A model generated the notes under the pieces. The model saw only the letters and a list, made by a program, of their open reading frames with translations. It had not been told where the DNA came from and ran no database searches. A program made the translations under genes and the position numbers. Positions 9,294 to 18,578 of a stretch of 64,000 nucleotides of DNA are shown one piece after another (position 1 is the first letter of the stretch; every line of letters begins with the position of its first letter). Location of the stretch: the IMG/VR virus record IMGVR_UViG_3300012016_000699, positions 1-64,000 of that record; one strand, 5' to 3'. Origin of the DNA: a virus (lineage: Duplodnaviria; Caudoviricetes).

Positions 9294-10049
9294 TCATTTT
9301 GCTTCTGATTTTTGTTGGTTATTAATAAAGCGGAAGGTCTTCCCTTTGGCGGTCTTACCTTTCCTTGTTCTATCACTAAGGTATGAAGGCCTCACGCCGA
9401 TGCTTGCGGCAGCGTCGCTGATGGACGGGAACGTCTCACCAGTGTCCTCGCAGAGGACCGGCTTCATGAGTTTCCTGCAGCGATGCTTGGCAGCATACGG
9501 GTGACGGATGTTATAGCGGCGGAGTGCTTCCTTCTGCTTGGCCTTCTCCTCCATCGTGAGCTGGTGCCCTTTCTTGAACTCGCCCTCCGGGTTGTAGTGC
9601 TCGCCCTTCTTGAAACTTGAGGGGTGCCCGAGGCGCTTATGCTCGAATTCCGCCATCTTTTGGTGCTCCATGGTGATGGCATGCTGCCACTCCTTGGACT
9701 TCCAGAAACCGAGCTCCCTTGCCTTACGGATGAGGGTGCGGACGCTGACACCGAGGACGCCCGCAAGCTCCTCGTTCTTCGTCGTAGGGAAGAGGCGCTT
9801 GAGGTCATCGAGCATCCTGCGGTTCCAGTAGATGCGCGTACTCAGCCCCTTGTGCTCCGTGATCCTGCCCGTCACACTGTCATGGTGCAGGCCGTCAGGA
9901 ACCTTCCGGGTCCTGGCGTACCAGTCCCGCTTGTTGGCCTTCGTACAGTCCTTGCACCAGGAGGCGGTCCAGCCTCTCTTGGAAACGTAGAACTCGCGGA
10001 GCCACAGCTTGCGGCCACAATGAGGACAGACCTTCTTCCGTATCTTCAT
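9294..10049 (-). CDS. Zn-finger/NUMOD-type DNA-binding protein
   Basis: N-terminal CPHC...WCKDC, HTH-like LAGVLGVSVRTL, FKKG repeats, C-terminal NUMOD1-like KPVLCEDTGETFPSISDAA. Confidence 0.65.
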   Translation of the reverse strand: MKIRKKVCPHCGRKLWLREFYVSKRGWTASWCKDCTKANKRDWYARTRKVPDGLHHDSVTGRITEHKGLSTRIYWNRRMLDDLKRLFPTTKNEELAGVLGVSVRTLIRKARELGFWKSKEWQHAITMEHQKMAEFEHKRLGHPSSFKKGEHYNPEGEFKKGHQLTMEEKAKQKEALRRYNIRHPYAAKHRCRKLMKPVLCEDTGETFPSISDAAASIGVRPSYLSDRTRKGKTAKGKTFRFINNQQKSEAK

Positions 10050-10375
10050 AGCTGGCCGTTACCGTCGATGATGTTCAACTTATAGATCTTCGCGGCACGG
10101 TACTCGAGGTTGCAGCCGTCAGAGGCGTTCCATCCCCTATCAAGAAGGACGGTGTCGCATGTCAGCAGCAGGGCGACACATTTGCCGATAGCATCCGCTT
10201 CGCTTATCTTGGCATCGAGTGGCACGGCATCGAAAGGAGTCAGGACTTCCGCATCCTTGTACTCGTCGAGAAGGTAGGCCCTCAGCATGACAGATCGGCG
10301 GTATGCCGCCTTGCGCTTCTCATCGAAGGTTGCCTCGCTGCGGCCATTGACTGGGGTACTGATATAGATTCTCAT
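10046..10375 (-). CDS. DUF4406-family (nucleoside deoxyribosyltransferase-like) protein
   Basis: RIYISTPVNG...LLTCDTVLLDRGWNASDGCNLEYRAA. Confidence 0.75.
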   Translation of the reverse strand: MRIYISTPVNGRSEATFDEKRKAAYRRSVMLRAYLLDEYKDAEVLTPFDAVPLDAKISEADAIGKCVALLLTCDTVLLDRGWNASDGCNLEYRAAKIYKLNIIDGNGQL

Positions 10376-10533
10376 ATATTCATTCTTTAATTAAGTCAGA
10401 TAACAGGAGACTAAGGGCGAACACCTGGTCACGGCTTACCTGCATCTGCTTCACGCGGCGGCCTTTCGCCTTGGCATAGCCGCGACACCTTTAGAGTCCC
10501 CCGCCAATCGGGGGACGGCTATAATGCAGGGGG

Positions 10534-10854
10534 CTATTTGCCAGCAGCGCAATTTGCTTGCTGAAGGTCTATCAGTTGCGCTGTAACCTCTTTCAGTCTT
10601 GCTTCGAGTTCGTTGTTCATATCGTGAACCTGCTTCAACTCTTCGGCCAATGCTGAAGACTCGGAATACATCAAGGCTTCATTGCCTACGCATGAATAGG
10701 AATCATTGCCCATCCTCTCGATGTTGGTGATGTCTGGGCAACCTGGAGTCATCCACTCACGATAGATGTTGATGGCACCTTCGATACTGTCTGCTACTAC
10801 GAGGCGACCATTGATGCGGTACACCTGCGTCAATCTTACTTCTTCTTTTCTCAT
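10534..10854 (-). CDS. hypothetical protein with C-terminal coiled coil, flanked by an inverted repeat
   Basis: 106-aa ORF. Confidence 0.65.
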   Translation of the reverse strand: MRKEEVRLTQVYRINGRLVVADSIEGAINIYREWMTPGCPDITNIERMGNDSYSCVGNEALMYSESSALAEELKQVHDMNNELEARLKEVTAQLIDLQQANCAAGK

Positions 10855-10980
10855 TTTCGTAAATATTAAATGGTTTAACTTATGCTGCTAATCTCATTAC
10901 CGCTCGGCTTTGCCGCTTGGCTCGTCCAAGAACCCCTGCTTTATAGCCGCCCCCTTCAACGAGAGCGATCAGGATGTCTG

Positions 10981-11505
10981 TCATTCCACGCCTCCTTTCA
11001 ACCTCTCCTGGTACTCCTCATCGGTAAGGAGATACCACTTGTTACCAGCGTCGGCGCAGAGCCAGTCGCCCTTGTGGGCGAACTGCCACACCTCATGCTT
11101 CATCATAAAGGGATCGAGGATGTAATAGGCAGGCTCCGTCTCCCTCGAATCGCGCTTATCGGCACTGCGTACACACGGCAGCTTCATGATGTCGGTCACA
11201 TTGGTACCGATCTGCACGGCCTTGACGTAGCCACCGCGAAAGATATCGGTCACTCTCTTCCTCAGCTCCTCGTCTATAGGGAGCGGATTCCTGGCAAGAG
11301 CCTCCTCGAAGTCCATACGTGCCTTCTTCTCCAGCTCGGCTTGCCGGCGGTATTCTTCCTCGGTCTTGTAGAACCTGCCGTCACCGCCACGGTAGCCATA
11401 CTCACCTGTAACGTTGTTGAGGGTGTAGCCTTCAAGGAAGGCACCACATCTGCTGCAGCATCTCTTCAACTCCGCATTCTTCTCTCCACATTTCCTACAT
11501 ATCAT
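10981..11505 (-). CDS. Zn-ribbon protein
   Basis: N-terminal CRKC...CCSRC. Confidence 0.65.
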   Translation of the reverse strand: MICRKCGEKNAELKRCCSRCGAFLEGYTLNNVTGEYGYRGGDGRFYKTEEEYRRQAELEKKARMDFEEALARNPLPIDEELRKRVTDIFRGGYVKAVQIGTNVTDIMKLPCVRSADKRDSRETEPAYYILDPFMMKHEVWQFAHKGDWLCADAGNKWYLLTDEEYQERLKGGVE

Positions 11506-11834
11506 ACTATTCTGAATTTATCTGTGATAATTTCTTCGATCTCCACGTTCTTTATACACGGTTCACCGTCTGAGCCACGCCCGACGAAATCTCCCGTCAC
11601 CAGGAACACGTGGCGCTTCTGGTAGTTCAGCAGGGAATAGAGAGTGTTGAGCATCTTTTCCGTGATTGGAAGCGGAAGGACAAGATGCCAGCCGTCGTCC
11701 AAATACAGGGCATCATAGACAGACACCCCTGGCTCTTCTCCCCTGACGGTATTGTCTTCGTTCCAGGAGAAGGATTTCTCGTCTTTCGGTATGCCACCGA
11801 AGCGGATATAATACGGTTTCATTGTTTCTTCCAA
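11502..11834 (-). CDS. hypothetical protein
   Basis: 110-aa ORF (YIRFGGIP...PGVSVY...GSDGEP). Confidence 0.65.
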   Translation of the reverse strand: MEETMKPYYIRFGGIPKDEKSFSWNEDNTVRGEEPGVSVYDALYLDDGWHLVLPLPITEKMLNTLYSLLNYQKRHVFLVTGDFVGRGSDGEPCIKNVEIEEIITDKFRIV

Positions 11835-11837
11835 ATT

Positions 11838-12338
11838 TCAATGTTTCTTTCTTGATGATTTCTGCTGACGGCGCTTTGCCTTCTTTTTCTTGGCGTAGTC
11901 CTTGGGGTCTTGCCGACCTCCAATGTGCTTATGGCCTTTGCCGATGTCTGCGCCTCCGTAATAAGGTGAAGGCTCTTGCCAAAGGACTTCGGGCAGCTTC
12001 GGCATTTCCGGCATCGGTTTATATACGACGGCCTCCTGTCGAATCCTATCCATTTCGTCACGCTCTACTGGAACGAGGATGCAGTGTGCCTCTTCCTGCT
12101 TCTCACGGATGACGGCTGGGTCAAGGTTGTCGTACTGCTCTCGGAGTATGAACACCTTGGGCAGTTCCTGCGTCCTTACGTCAACGGCAACGAGGTCGGA
12201 CGCACCTGCGACGGGCTCGCTGGCAACGATGCCGACGTGTCCCATCGGCATACGTCTGCGATTTCTAAGTCCTGGTGGGCATGGAGCGCACTCTTTCGGT
12301 GCGTTCAGTGGCTCTTTCAGTGGTTCGCATTGTTTCAT
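11838..12338 (-). CDS. hypothetical protein with basic C-terminus
   Basis: 166-aa ORF. Confidence 0.55.
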   Translation of the reverse strand: MKQCEPLKEPLNAPKECAPCPPGLRNRRRMPMGHVGIVASEPVAGASDLVAVDVRTQELPKVFILREQYDNLDPAVIREKQEEAHCILVPVERDEMDRIRQEAVVYKPMPEMPKLPEVLWQEPSPYYGGADIGKGHKHIGGRQDPKDYAKKKKAKRRQQKSSRKKH

Positions 12339-12356
12339 GGGTCAGCCCTCCTTCCG

Positions 12357-12869
12357 TTAATACTCCACCTCAAACTGGTCCTTCGCCAGTTTCTTCTTGT
12401 TAAAACCCTTGGGGATGCTGTCGGAGCAGATGAGTAAATAGCGGTCGGCATCTTTGTCGTGCGTCGGCTGACAATAGTACGACACGCCATTCTTGTTGTC
12501 CAGTGCGTGAATGCCAAACTCATGCAGCGGTTCCTCGCCAATCTCGTGCTCACGGGCATACTCGTCGAAGGCGGCGGCCAGGGCAGCGCCTTCCTTGTAG
12601 CGTGCGGCAGGCACCCATACATCCTTTTCGCCCTTCTTCTTCCGCAGTACGTGCGGGTTGATCTTCGGTTCGTCCTCCTTACTGATGACGAAATCGTTCG
12701 TCAACAGAGAAATGATGCCCCAATGGAACAGGTGGTAGATAGTGGTCGGTCTGACGCCAGCCGACTTCTCCACCAGGTCTTGTGCCCCATTCATTGCGCT
12801 AACCATGCGGTCGTACATGTCCTTAATCGTCTGCTCCAGTGCAGAGCCTTTCTTTGCGATAATCTTCAT
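12357..12869 (-). CDS. hypothetical protein
   Basis: 170-aa ORF. Confidence 0.7.
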   Translation of the reverse strand: MKIIAKKGSALEQTIKDMYDRMVSAMNGAQDLVEKSAGVRPTTIYHLFHWGIISLLTNDFVISKEDEPKINPHVLRKKKGEKDVWVPAARYKEGAALAAAFDEYAREHEIGEEPLHEFGIHALDNKNGVSYYCQPTHDKDADRYLLICSDSIPKGFNKKKLAKDQFEVEY

Positions 12870-13022
12870 AATTGTTACTATTTAAAATTGACTATAATCT
12901 TCTTTCCTTTACGGGACACTTTCCTTGGACGGGCCTTATACTCCGTACAGTCTTCCCGATGATCTTGGCACTGCACAAACTTGGCGCAGAAGAAACATTT
13001 GGATGATGATGGCATAATCTAT

Positions 13023-13232
13023 TCATTTCTTTTCAACTTTCCCAATGAAGTTTTTGAACTCACGGCCATTCACTTCTGTTATGTGATAGACGGAGATAGA
13101 TGTGCAAGAATGGATGGATAACATCTTCTTGGCAAGGTGTATGGCAGCATTGTCATCAAGACAATGCTTGTTAGCAGATACTTCCTTGCCGTTTTCTCCC
13201 CTTATTCTGAATATGTAGCTTTTATAATTCAT
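13023..13232 (-). CDS. hypothetical protein
   Basis: 69-aa ORF, ATGA-coupled. Confidence 0.55.
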   Translation of the reverse strand: MNYKSYIFRIRGENGKEVSANKHCLDDNAAIHLAKKMLSIHSCTSISVYHITEVNGREFKNFIGKVEKK

Positions 13233-13657
13233 ACTCCTATCTTTTTAAACATTTCAACAGCTGCATCTACAAAGTTCCAGCCTCCAGTGGAATAAAGGGC
13301 TTTACCTTCGTGGTCAATATACTCGATAACATTCTTAGTGAGAGAGAATGTATAAAAAACATCACCTTCTCTAATAATGTCTGGCAACAAATCTAACAGC
13401 TTTGATAAGGACCATGCTGGCACATATCCTTTGGGGATTTCTCCCTTCATATCCAGGAATGGTCTTATCTGAGGAACGCAAAGATTCTTTCCGTTGTAGA
13501 AATAGCCCCACATCATGTCTGACGTTTCTGCGCTAAGGCCAAGAGACAGGAGTTCTTCCGATTGCTCCAGTGAAGTGCAGTTTTTGACATCTTTCAATTT
13601 ATGTGGTGCAGGAATATATGTTGCCTTAATGTGTCCCATCTTCATCCTCTTTCTCAT
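13229..13657 (-). CDS. conserved phage hypothetical protein
   Basis: TSLEQSEELLSLGL...PAWSLSKLLDLLP. Confidence 0.65.
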   Translation of the reverse strand: MRKRMKMGHIKATYIPAPHKLKDVKNCTSLEQSEELLSLGLSAETSDMMWGYFYNGKNLCVPQIRPFLDMKGEIPKGYVPAWSLSKLLDLLPDIIREGDVFYTFSLTKNVIEYIDHEGKALYSTGGWNFVDAAVEMFKKIGV

Positions 13658-13848
13658 TTTGCTATTGATTGGATTATTTCAAACTCGGCTTTCCTCAGCC
13701 ATGTATTGCTCTTACGGAGTGCTATGCAGCGTTTCCTGTCGCTGTCTGGCATCTTCTTCCGGCTCTGTGAGGCCACCTTGTTGATGGCGTTGACCTCAGC
13801 ATCATTGAGGGCTATTAGCTCACGTATCAGTTCTATTCTCCTGTCCAT
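13654..13848 (-). CDS. hypothetical protein
   Basis: Likely start MDRRIEL; coupled to the next gene. Confidence 0.5.
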   Translation of the reverse strand: MDRRIELIRELIALNDAEVNAINKVASQSRKKMPDSDRKRCIALRKSNTWLRKAEFEIIQSIAK

Positions 13849-13852
13849 AAGT

Positions 13853-14209
13853 CTATACGAAGAAGTCCAAACTATAAGCATCGCTGGTACCACCCTCTGG
13901 AGTGGCACGGACGCAGATATCACTCCCGATGGGGAACAGGTTGTCAGGGTTCTCGATGGTGAACTTGCGGCCATCGGCTCCTATGGCAGTACCACGCTGA
14001 AGGACATCCTTGACCTTCGCCTCGAAGATCTTGCTGACCTCTACGTGGACACCATCTCTCTCACGCATGTACGTAATGGGAATACGCCCTGTTTCCTTCA
14101 TCCAATTAATAACTTGCTCGTTCTCTTCAGTACGGCTTCTTCTCTCTTTGGTGCCAGGAATGACTACGTCCTGCACATCGTAAAATTGGTCTTTGTGATA
14201 TAGTTCCAT
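13853..14209 (-). CDS. hypothetical protein
   Basis: 118-aa ORF. Confidence 0.65.
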   Translation of the reverse strand: MELYHKDQFYDVQDVVIPGTKERRSRTEENEQVINWMKETGRIPITYMRERDGVHVEVSKIFEAKVKDVLQRGTAIGADGRKFTIENPDNLFPIGSDICVRATPEGGTSDAYSLDFFV

Positions 14210-14212
14210 AAA

Positions 14213-14677
14213 TTACCAGAATTTTAATTTTTTCAATACACTAACGTTATGCTCTTCTTTTGAGTCATTATTCCTTAAATCGTTTACCATCCGCTGTAGT
14301 TCCGTAATTTTCATCTCGCAGAAATCCCTGTCGGGACATTGGGCGAGGCGGATCTCAATGGTGCTGATTTTGCCTCTTCTTTTTTCCACGATGTCTTTCG
14401 GATGCTCGGAATCCATTCTTCTCATAATCATGTTATAGAGGTTCCGCTCACTCCTTCCATCGTAGTAGTGATCGAAGAGGGCAATCCATTTCCCCGGATT
14501 CCTGTAGAGCTGCTGGATGACTTCATCTACGATTCTTGTAGAGCGTCCTGTGGCCTTGGATTTGTACATAATGATCTCCCGGTTCAGCTCATGGATGTGT
14601 TTCAGCTTTTCAGGAAGAGCAGCTTCCGGCCTGCGAGACTGAGGCATGGAGATATCTGGTGCTTTTATTTGTCCCAT
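14213..14677 (-). CDS. hypothetical protein
   Basis: 154-aa ORF. Confidence 0.65.
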   Translation of the reverse strand: MGQIKAPDISMPQSRRPEAALPEKLKHIHELNREIIMYKSKATGRSTRIVDEVIQQLYRNPGKWIALFDHYYDGRSERNLYNMIMRRMDSEHPKDIVEKRRGKISTIEIRLAQCPDRDFCEMKITELQRMVNDLRNNDSKEEHNVSVLKKLKFW

Positions 14678-14679
14678 AG

Positions 14680-15012
14680 TCAGCCTCCTTTCAATTTTGC
14701 ATCAAACATCGCTTTAAGAGCATCCTCGCCGCGCCCCATCTTAACCATCATCTCGCCTACGTTGCCGTTGAAGTCTCTCGACTGCACGGTAATCAGAGCA
14801 ACCAGTGCCAGGTGCTTGATTTGTTGGGATTGGATGGCCGTTATCTCTATCACCTTGTCGAGCATACCTTGCTCACTCCAGCCACGATCTCGAAGCTGGG
14901 GAAGGTTCTGTGCAAACTTGTCGCTCGACGTTATCATGTCGATAATATACTTTATCAATGCCTTCTTGTCTTTCAGAAGGTTTACGATATCAAATTGCTC
15001 GTTCATATTCAT
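14680..15012 (-). CDS. hypothetical protein
   Basis: 110-aa ORF. Confidence 0.65.
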   Translation of the reverse strand: MNMNEQFDIVNLLKDKKALIKYIIDMITSSDKFAQNLPQLRDRGWSEQGMLDKVIEITAIQSQQIKHLALVALITVQSRDFNGNVGEMMVKMGRGEDALKAMFDAKLKGG

Positions 15013-15015
15013 AAT

Positions 15016-15210
15016 TTATAAATGATCGTGTTCGACTTCCACCCAGCTCTTGCCGTCGAAAGTTACAAGTTCCTTGATGGTATCGACCACGCAGAAAATC
15101 TCGTCAGTCCAACAATTCTCGTGTGAATACCAGTTAGTCATAAAAGCTGACTTGTCGTTCATTATTACCATGTACTGCATAGTCATTCCTCCAATTAGGT
15201 TTAGATGCAA
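15016..15210 (-). CDS. small hypothetical protein
   Basis: 64-aa ORF in a tight operon. Confidence 0.55.
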   Translation of the reverse strand: MHLNLIGGMTMQYMVIMNDKSAFMTNWYSHENCWTDEIFCVVDTIKELVTFDGKSWVEVEHDHL

Positions 15211-15222
15211 ATCGTTTGGTTC

Positions 15223-15489
15223 CTATTTCTTCGATCTTTCCTTTAGCATGGAGTCAACGATTGCAATGGTTTCCTGTTTTCTCATCTCCTTGCAAAGAGG
15301 ACAGTCAGGATCGTGCATCTTGTACCAATGCTTCAGGGCAGAGTAATGTGATGAAATCTTGTGTTCCTTACGCTTTTGGATAACACTATCCTTTTTGCCA
15401 GACTCGTCATTATTAGAACTGCTGTGGCGTTTCGTTTCAGCGCACCCGGCAAAGGCTATTATAGCCATAAATAAAATTAGTTTCTTCAT
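15223..15489 (-). CDS. putative lipoprotein
   Basis: MKKLILFMAIIAFAG-C signal peptide with lipobox; HDPDCPLC. Confidence 0.7.
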   Translation of the reverse strand: MKKLILFMAIIAFAGCAETKRHSSSNNDESGKKDSVIQKRKEHKISSHYSALKHWYKMHDPDCPLCKEMRKQETIAIVDSMLKERSKK

Positions 15490-15492
15490 TTC

Positions 15493-15675
15493 CTATAATC
15501 TTAAATCTTCGGGCCTTGTCGCTTTGGAGTTGATATCGCTTCCGTAGCGGACGAAGGCAAACTTGTTATTCACACTCGTTATCACACCTTCCTCATGGAG
15601 GGAGGGATCGCAGCCTACGAAGGGAACATACGTCACCTTGCGGCCAATACTTTCCTTGCACTCTTGTAATGTCAT
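15493..15675 (-). CDS. small SH3-like hypothetical protein
   Basis: IGRKVTY...EEGVITSVNNKFAFVRY. Confidence 0.6.
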   Translation of the reverse strand: MTLQECKESIGRKVTYVPFVGCDPSLHEEGVITSVNNKFAFVRYGSDINSKATRPEDLRL

Positions 15676-15677
15676 GG

Positions 15678-16076
15678 CTAAGCGTCCTTATAAAATCCAT
15701 ACGACATTTCCGGATCATCGGAAGTGTTTCCGACAACCGACAGCTCATAGCATCCGGCAAGCTCCCTGCCGCACTCTCCAGCTAAGAAACTGCCTTCCTC
15801 AAAGACAACCACCTCAGTAAAGACGTGGTTGATGCCATCCCATTCACTGATGTACTGCACGATGTCGTTCTCATAGACTGGCTTGTTCTTGGCAACGACC
15901 TCCGTGAACTGCCCAACCGACTCCGGCTTCACTGGTACCATGGAGTCGAAGGCCTTGCCATCCGCACCGTAGCCAGCCACGCGGATAAACGGTTTGTCAT
16001 CGCAGTCGAGTGACAGGCTTCCATAAACCCAGGTGCCGTCACTCACTTTCTGACCTCTGTACTTGCTCTTTCTCAT
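15678..16076 (-). CDS. YopX family protein
   Basis: KYRG...WVYGSL...VKPESVGQFT...YENDIV...VVGN. Confidence 0.8.
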   Translation of the reverse strand: MRKSKYRGQKVSDGTWVYGSLSLDCDDKPFIRVAGYGADGKAFDSMVPVKPESVGQFTEVVAKNKPVYENDIVQYISEWDGINHVFTEVVVFEEGSFLAGECGRELAGCYELSVVGNTSDDPEMSYGFYKDA

Positions 16077-16266
16077 TGTTCTCTGGTTTTGATAATAATA
16101 ATTTATTCGCATCGTAGCCGCACCAGGTGCAAATACCTTTGGCCACGTTCAATGCGTAATTCTCCTTGCCGCACTTGGGACATCTGATAAGGAGGACGAG
16201 CTTGGTACCGTCATCCTCATCCCATACCTCCACTCCAGGAGCGGGCTTGCTGATAAGTTTTCCCAT
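16039..16266 (-). CDS. Zn-ribbon protein
   Basis: CPKCGKENY...CTWCGY. Confidence 0.6.
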   Translation of the reverse strand: MGKLISKPAPGVEVWDEDDGTKLVLLIRCPKCGKENYALNVAKGICTWCGYDANKLLLSKPENNEKEQVQRSESE

Positions 16267-16272
16267 ATCGAT

Positions 16273-16797
16273 TCATTTTAATATTGCCTCCTGGCAGCTC
16301 AGACACATACTCTTGTCTTTGCGCGCGATGATGCTGATGCAGTTCCAGTCCTGCTTGCAGCCTGCTACCTCCTTCGGAGCGATATCGGTGATCCTGGACC
16401 GTCTGAAGTTGGCGATGGCTTCCTTCTGCTTGCAGACCCTGTACTTGAGTATCACCCTGTCTCCGACCTTCGGGCAAGTGTTCTTTCTGAACACGCCGGA
16501 CATGAGGGTGAAATAGGTGCTTGCCAGAACTTTCCTCAGTTCTTCCGGGACTTCCTCCTTGTTAAGAGGATCGACGTGATATCGGTAACGGCACAGCGCG
16601 TTTCCGATACGGCGGGTTACCGTGCCAGTCCAGTAGCTGTATTCAGGCTTAAAAGGAGGCGCGTTCTTCCTTGCTTCCTTTGCCCTTCTGCGCAGCTCCT
16701 CCACAACCTCGTCACGCAGGCTTCGCAGCTCTTCGGTGTCGATGGACTCGAAGAATTTCCGGAGGTCTATCTTGAGACAGTATTTACTTTCTTCCAT
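16273..16797 (-). CDS. hypothetical protein
   Basis: 174-aa ORF. Confidence 0.65.
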   Translation of the reverse strand: MEESKYCLKIDLRKFFESIDTEELRSLRDEVVEELRRRAKEARKNAPPFKPEYSYWTGTVTRRIGNALCRYRYHVDPLNKEEVPEELRKVLASTYFTLMSGVFRKNTCPKVGDRVILKYRVCKQKEAIANFRRSRITDIAPKEVAGCKQDWNCISIIARKDKSMCLSCQEAILK

Positions 16798-16802
16798 ATC
16801 GC

Positions 16803-17357
16803 TTAGAAATTGAAGTCACGGAACCGTTTCGGCTTGTCGGAAATCACGTAAGGGATGGAGTCGTTCACCTCGTAGAAATGACCGTCCTTGCGGCGGCGTA
16901 CCTCCACGACGATGCCCTTCGGGTCAGGCGTACAGATCCATTCCTGCACGGAGTTGTCGAAGTGGCCGCAGAAGCCTCCAGGACTGAAGGACTCCCTAAG
17001 CCGTTCTACGCTGCCGTCAGTCTGCACGTAGTCCATGCTGCGCAGCTTCAGACAGGTGTCGGAGATGACCTCGATCACTTCGTAGGGCTGCACGTCGCTG
17101 TAGAGGTGGCGGTTGCAGTAGAACTGGTCGAGTGAACGGATGCGGCAGTATTCCGCCTCTTTACTCAGCTTGTCGATCTTTTCTCTGTTTGGCTTGAATA
17201 TTCTATGATAGTAGCCATTCCAGGCCTCATGCCATTCCGGGCTGTCATGTGGCACTTTAGGCAGCTTCTTGTACTCCTCATCCATCTGCTTCTGCAGATC
17301 GGCAGTCTCAGACTCCAGCTGCTGCCATCTGCTCTTGTATTGGTACTTCGTATACAT
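16803..17357 (-). CDS. hypothetical protein
   Basis: 184-aa ORF (YSDVQPYEV...PGGFCGH). Confidence 0.7.
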   Translation of the reverse strand: MYTKYQYKSRWQQLESETADLQKQMDEEYKKLPKVPHDSPEWHEAWNGYYHRIFKPNREKIDKLSKEAEYCRIRSLDQFYCNRHLYSDVQPYEVIEVISDTCLKLRSMDYVQTDGSVERLRESFSPGGFCGHFDNSVQEWICTPDPKGIVVEVRRRKDGHFYEVNDSIPYVISDKPKRFRDFNF

Positions 17358-17763
17358 AGGGTAGAATTTTAAAGTAAGACATATTCAGCTTGTCGGCAAT
17401 CTCCAACAGACGTTGGCCACAGATATTCCACCACTGGTCGGTGAACATTTCCTGTGCGGGGTCGGTACGGAGTGGAAATCCCCAGCTCTGTCCGACTTTC
17501 ACGATCTCGTCGTTCCAGTAGGCCACTGTACAGCAGGATGGAAGTCCACGAAGCCAGTCGCCGATATGGTGAGCCGTGTTCCAGGTTTTGGGTTTCTTGT
17601 TGTTCTTCAGCCAGCTCTTGTAGCAGGCGAGAACGAGGTAGATCTTCGCCTTGTCAGAGGAAAAGTCACCCGTATAGTTGTCGGTCGAGATGCATTTGTC
17701 GAGTAGGTAGGCGTACTGCTTACCTGCCTCCTTGTATTCTCGGATGGGTTTTGTACGTGCCAT
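17308..17763 (-). CDS. hypothetical protein
   Basis: 151-aa ORF (DWLRGLPS). Confidence 0.65.
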   Translation of the reverse strand: MARTKPIREYKEAGKQYAYLLDKCISTDNYTGDFSSDKAKIYLVLACYKSWLKNNKKPKTWNTAHHIGDWLRGLPSCCTVAYWNDEIVKVGQSWGFPLRTDPAQEMFTDQWWNICGQRLLEIADKLNMSYFKILPYVYEVPIQEQMAAAGV

Positions 17764-17765
17764 AT

Positions 17766-17963
17766 TTATTCTTGTTTAAGGATTGTCTTACCTATCTTTT
17801 CAAGGCTGTCAGTGATGGCCTCCGGATCTATATTACACTCGGGATGATTCTTGCAGGCATCCGAAATGGGCTTCAGGATTTCTGCGAGCTTGTCAATGCT
17901 CTCGCGCAGACGACGGATCTCATTTGGCATCCGTGTCATATATTCTTTCTCCAAGACTGTCAT
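17766..17963 (-). CDS. small hypothetical protein
   Basis: 65-aa ORF. Confidence 0.55.
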   Translation of the reverse strand: MTVLEKEYMTRMPNEIRRLRESIDKLAEILKPISDACKNHPECNIDPEAITDSLEKIGKTILKQE

Positions 17964-17975
17964 AGACGTTCCTCC

Positions 17976-18389
17976 TTAAATCTGAATGTTGTTGAAGAAT
18001 GAGTTGATCTTCTGCGACAGGCCGACAATGAACTGGAAGGCCTCCTCGGCCGTTCCGAAGTGCTTGTCGGAAGCCTCGCGTACCAGCTTGCATGGAACTC
18101 CCTGCCACTGGCTGAAGCTCGTCTCGAAATGGTTCGTGAGTGATGAGAAGTCAGTGATGACCTCGATGCACACCTTTGATACTGCATCGTCATCACTACC
18201 TACGGTGACTGTCAGCGTCGAGCCGAACATCGTCGCCTGCCCGTTCTCGATGGCGAGGGTGTAGAGGTCTGCAAGGCATAGGTAGTAATGGCCTTCTTCC
18301 TTGCTTTCGGCGTCCTTGGAGCGCTGGATCATCTGCTCCTTGCGAAGCTGCAGCTTCTCGTTTCTGGTGGGATTGCTTGTAGATTCCAT
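17976..18389 (-). CDS. hypothetical protein (first gene after promoter cassette 4)
   Basis: 137-aa ORF. Confidence 0.65.
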   Translation of the reverse strand: MESTSNPTRNEKLQLRKEQMIQRSKDAESKEEGHYYLCLADLYTLAIENGQATMFGSTLTVTVGSDDDAVSKVCIEVITDFSSLTNHFETSFSQWQGVPCKLVREASDKHFGTAEEAFQFIVGLSQKINSFFNNIQI

Positions 18390-18410
18390 AATGTTTGTTG
18401 CGTTAAAAGT

Positions 18411-18525
18411 TTGATTATTATCTTATTTGCTACTGCAAAGATACGAAAAAGTTATCATATATGCAAGTTTTTACGGATATAAGTTTAATCAAATTAGTTA
18501 AAAGTTATTAATCATATATGCGAGC
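18411..18525 (-). promoter_or_regulatory. Repeated early promoter cassette, copy 4
   Basis: TATCTTTG at 18436-18443; variant motifs at 18452 and 18509. Confidence 0.85.
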
Positions 18526-18540
18526 ATGGCGCAGGCGCAT

Positions 18541-18578
18541 AAAAAAGAGAGGTGGCGCGTCTCACGACGGACCACCTT
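18541..18578 (-). terminator. Intrinsic terminator
   Basis: AGGTGG...CCACCT stem followed by T-run on minus strand. Confidence 0.7.
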
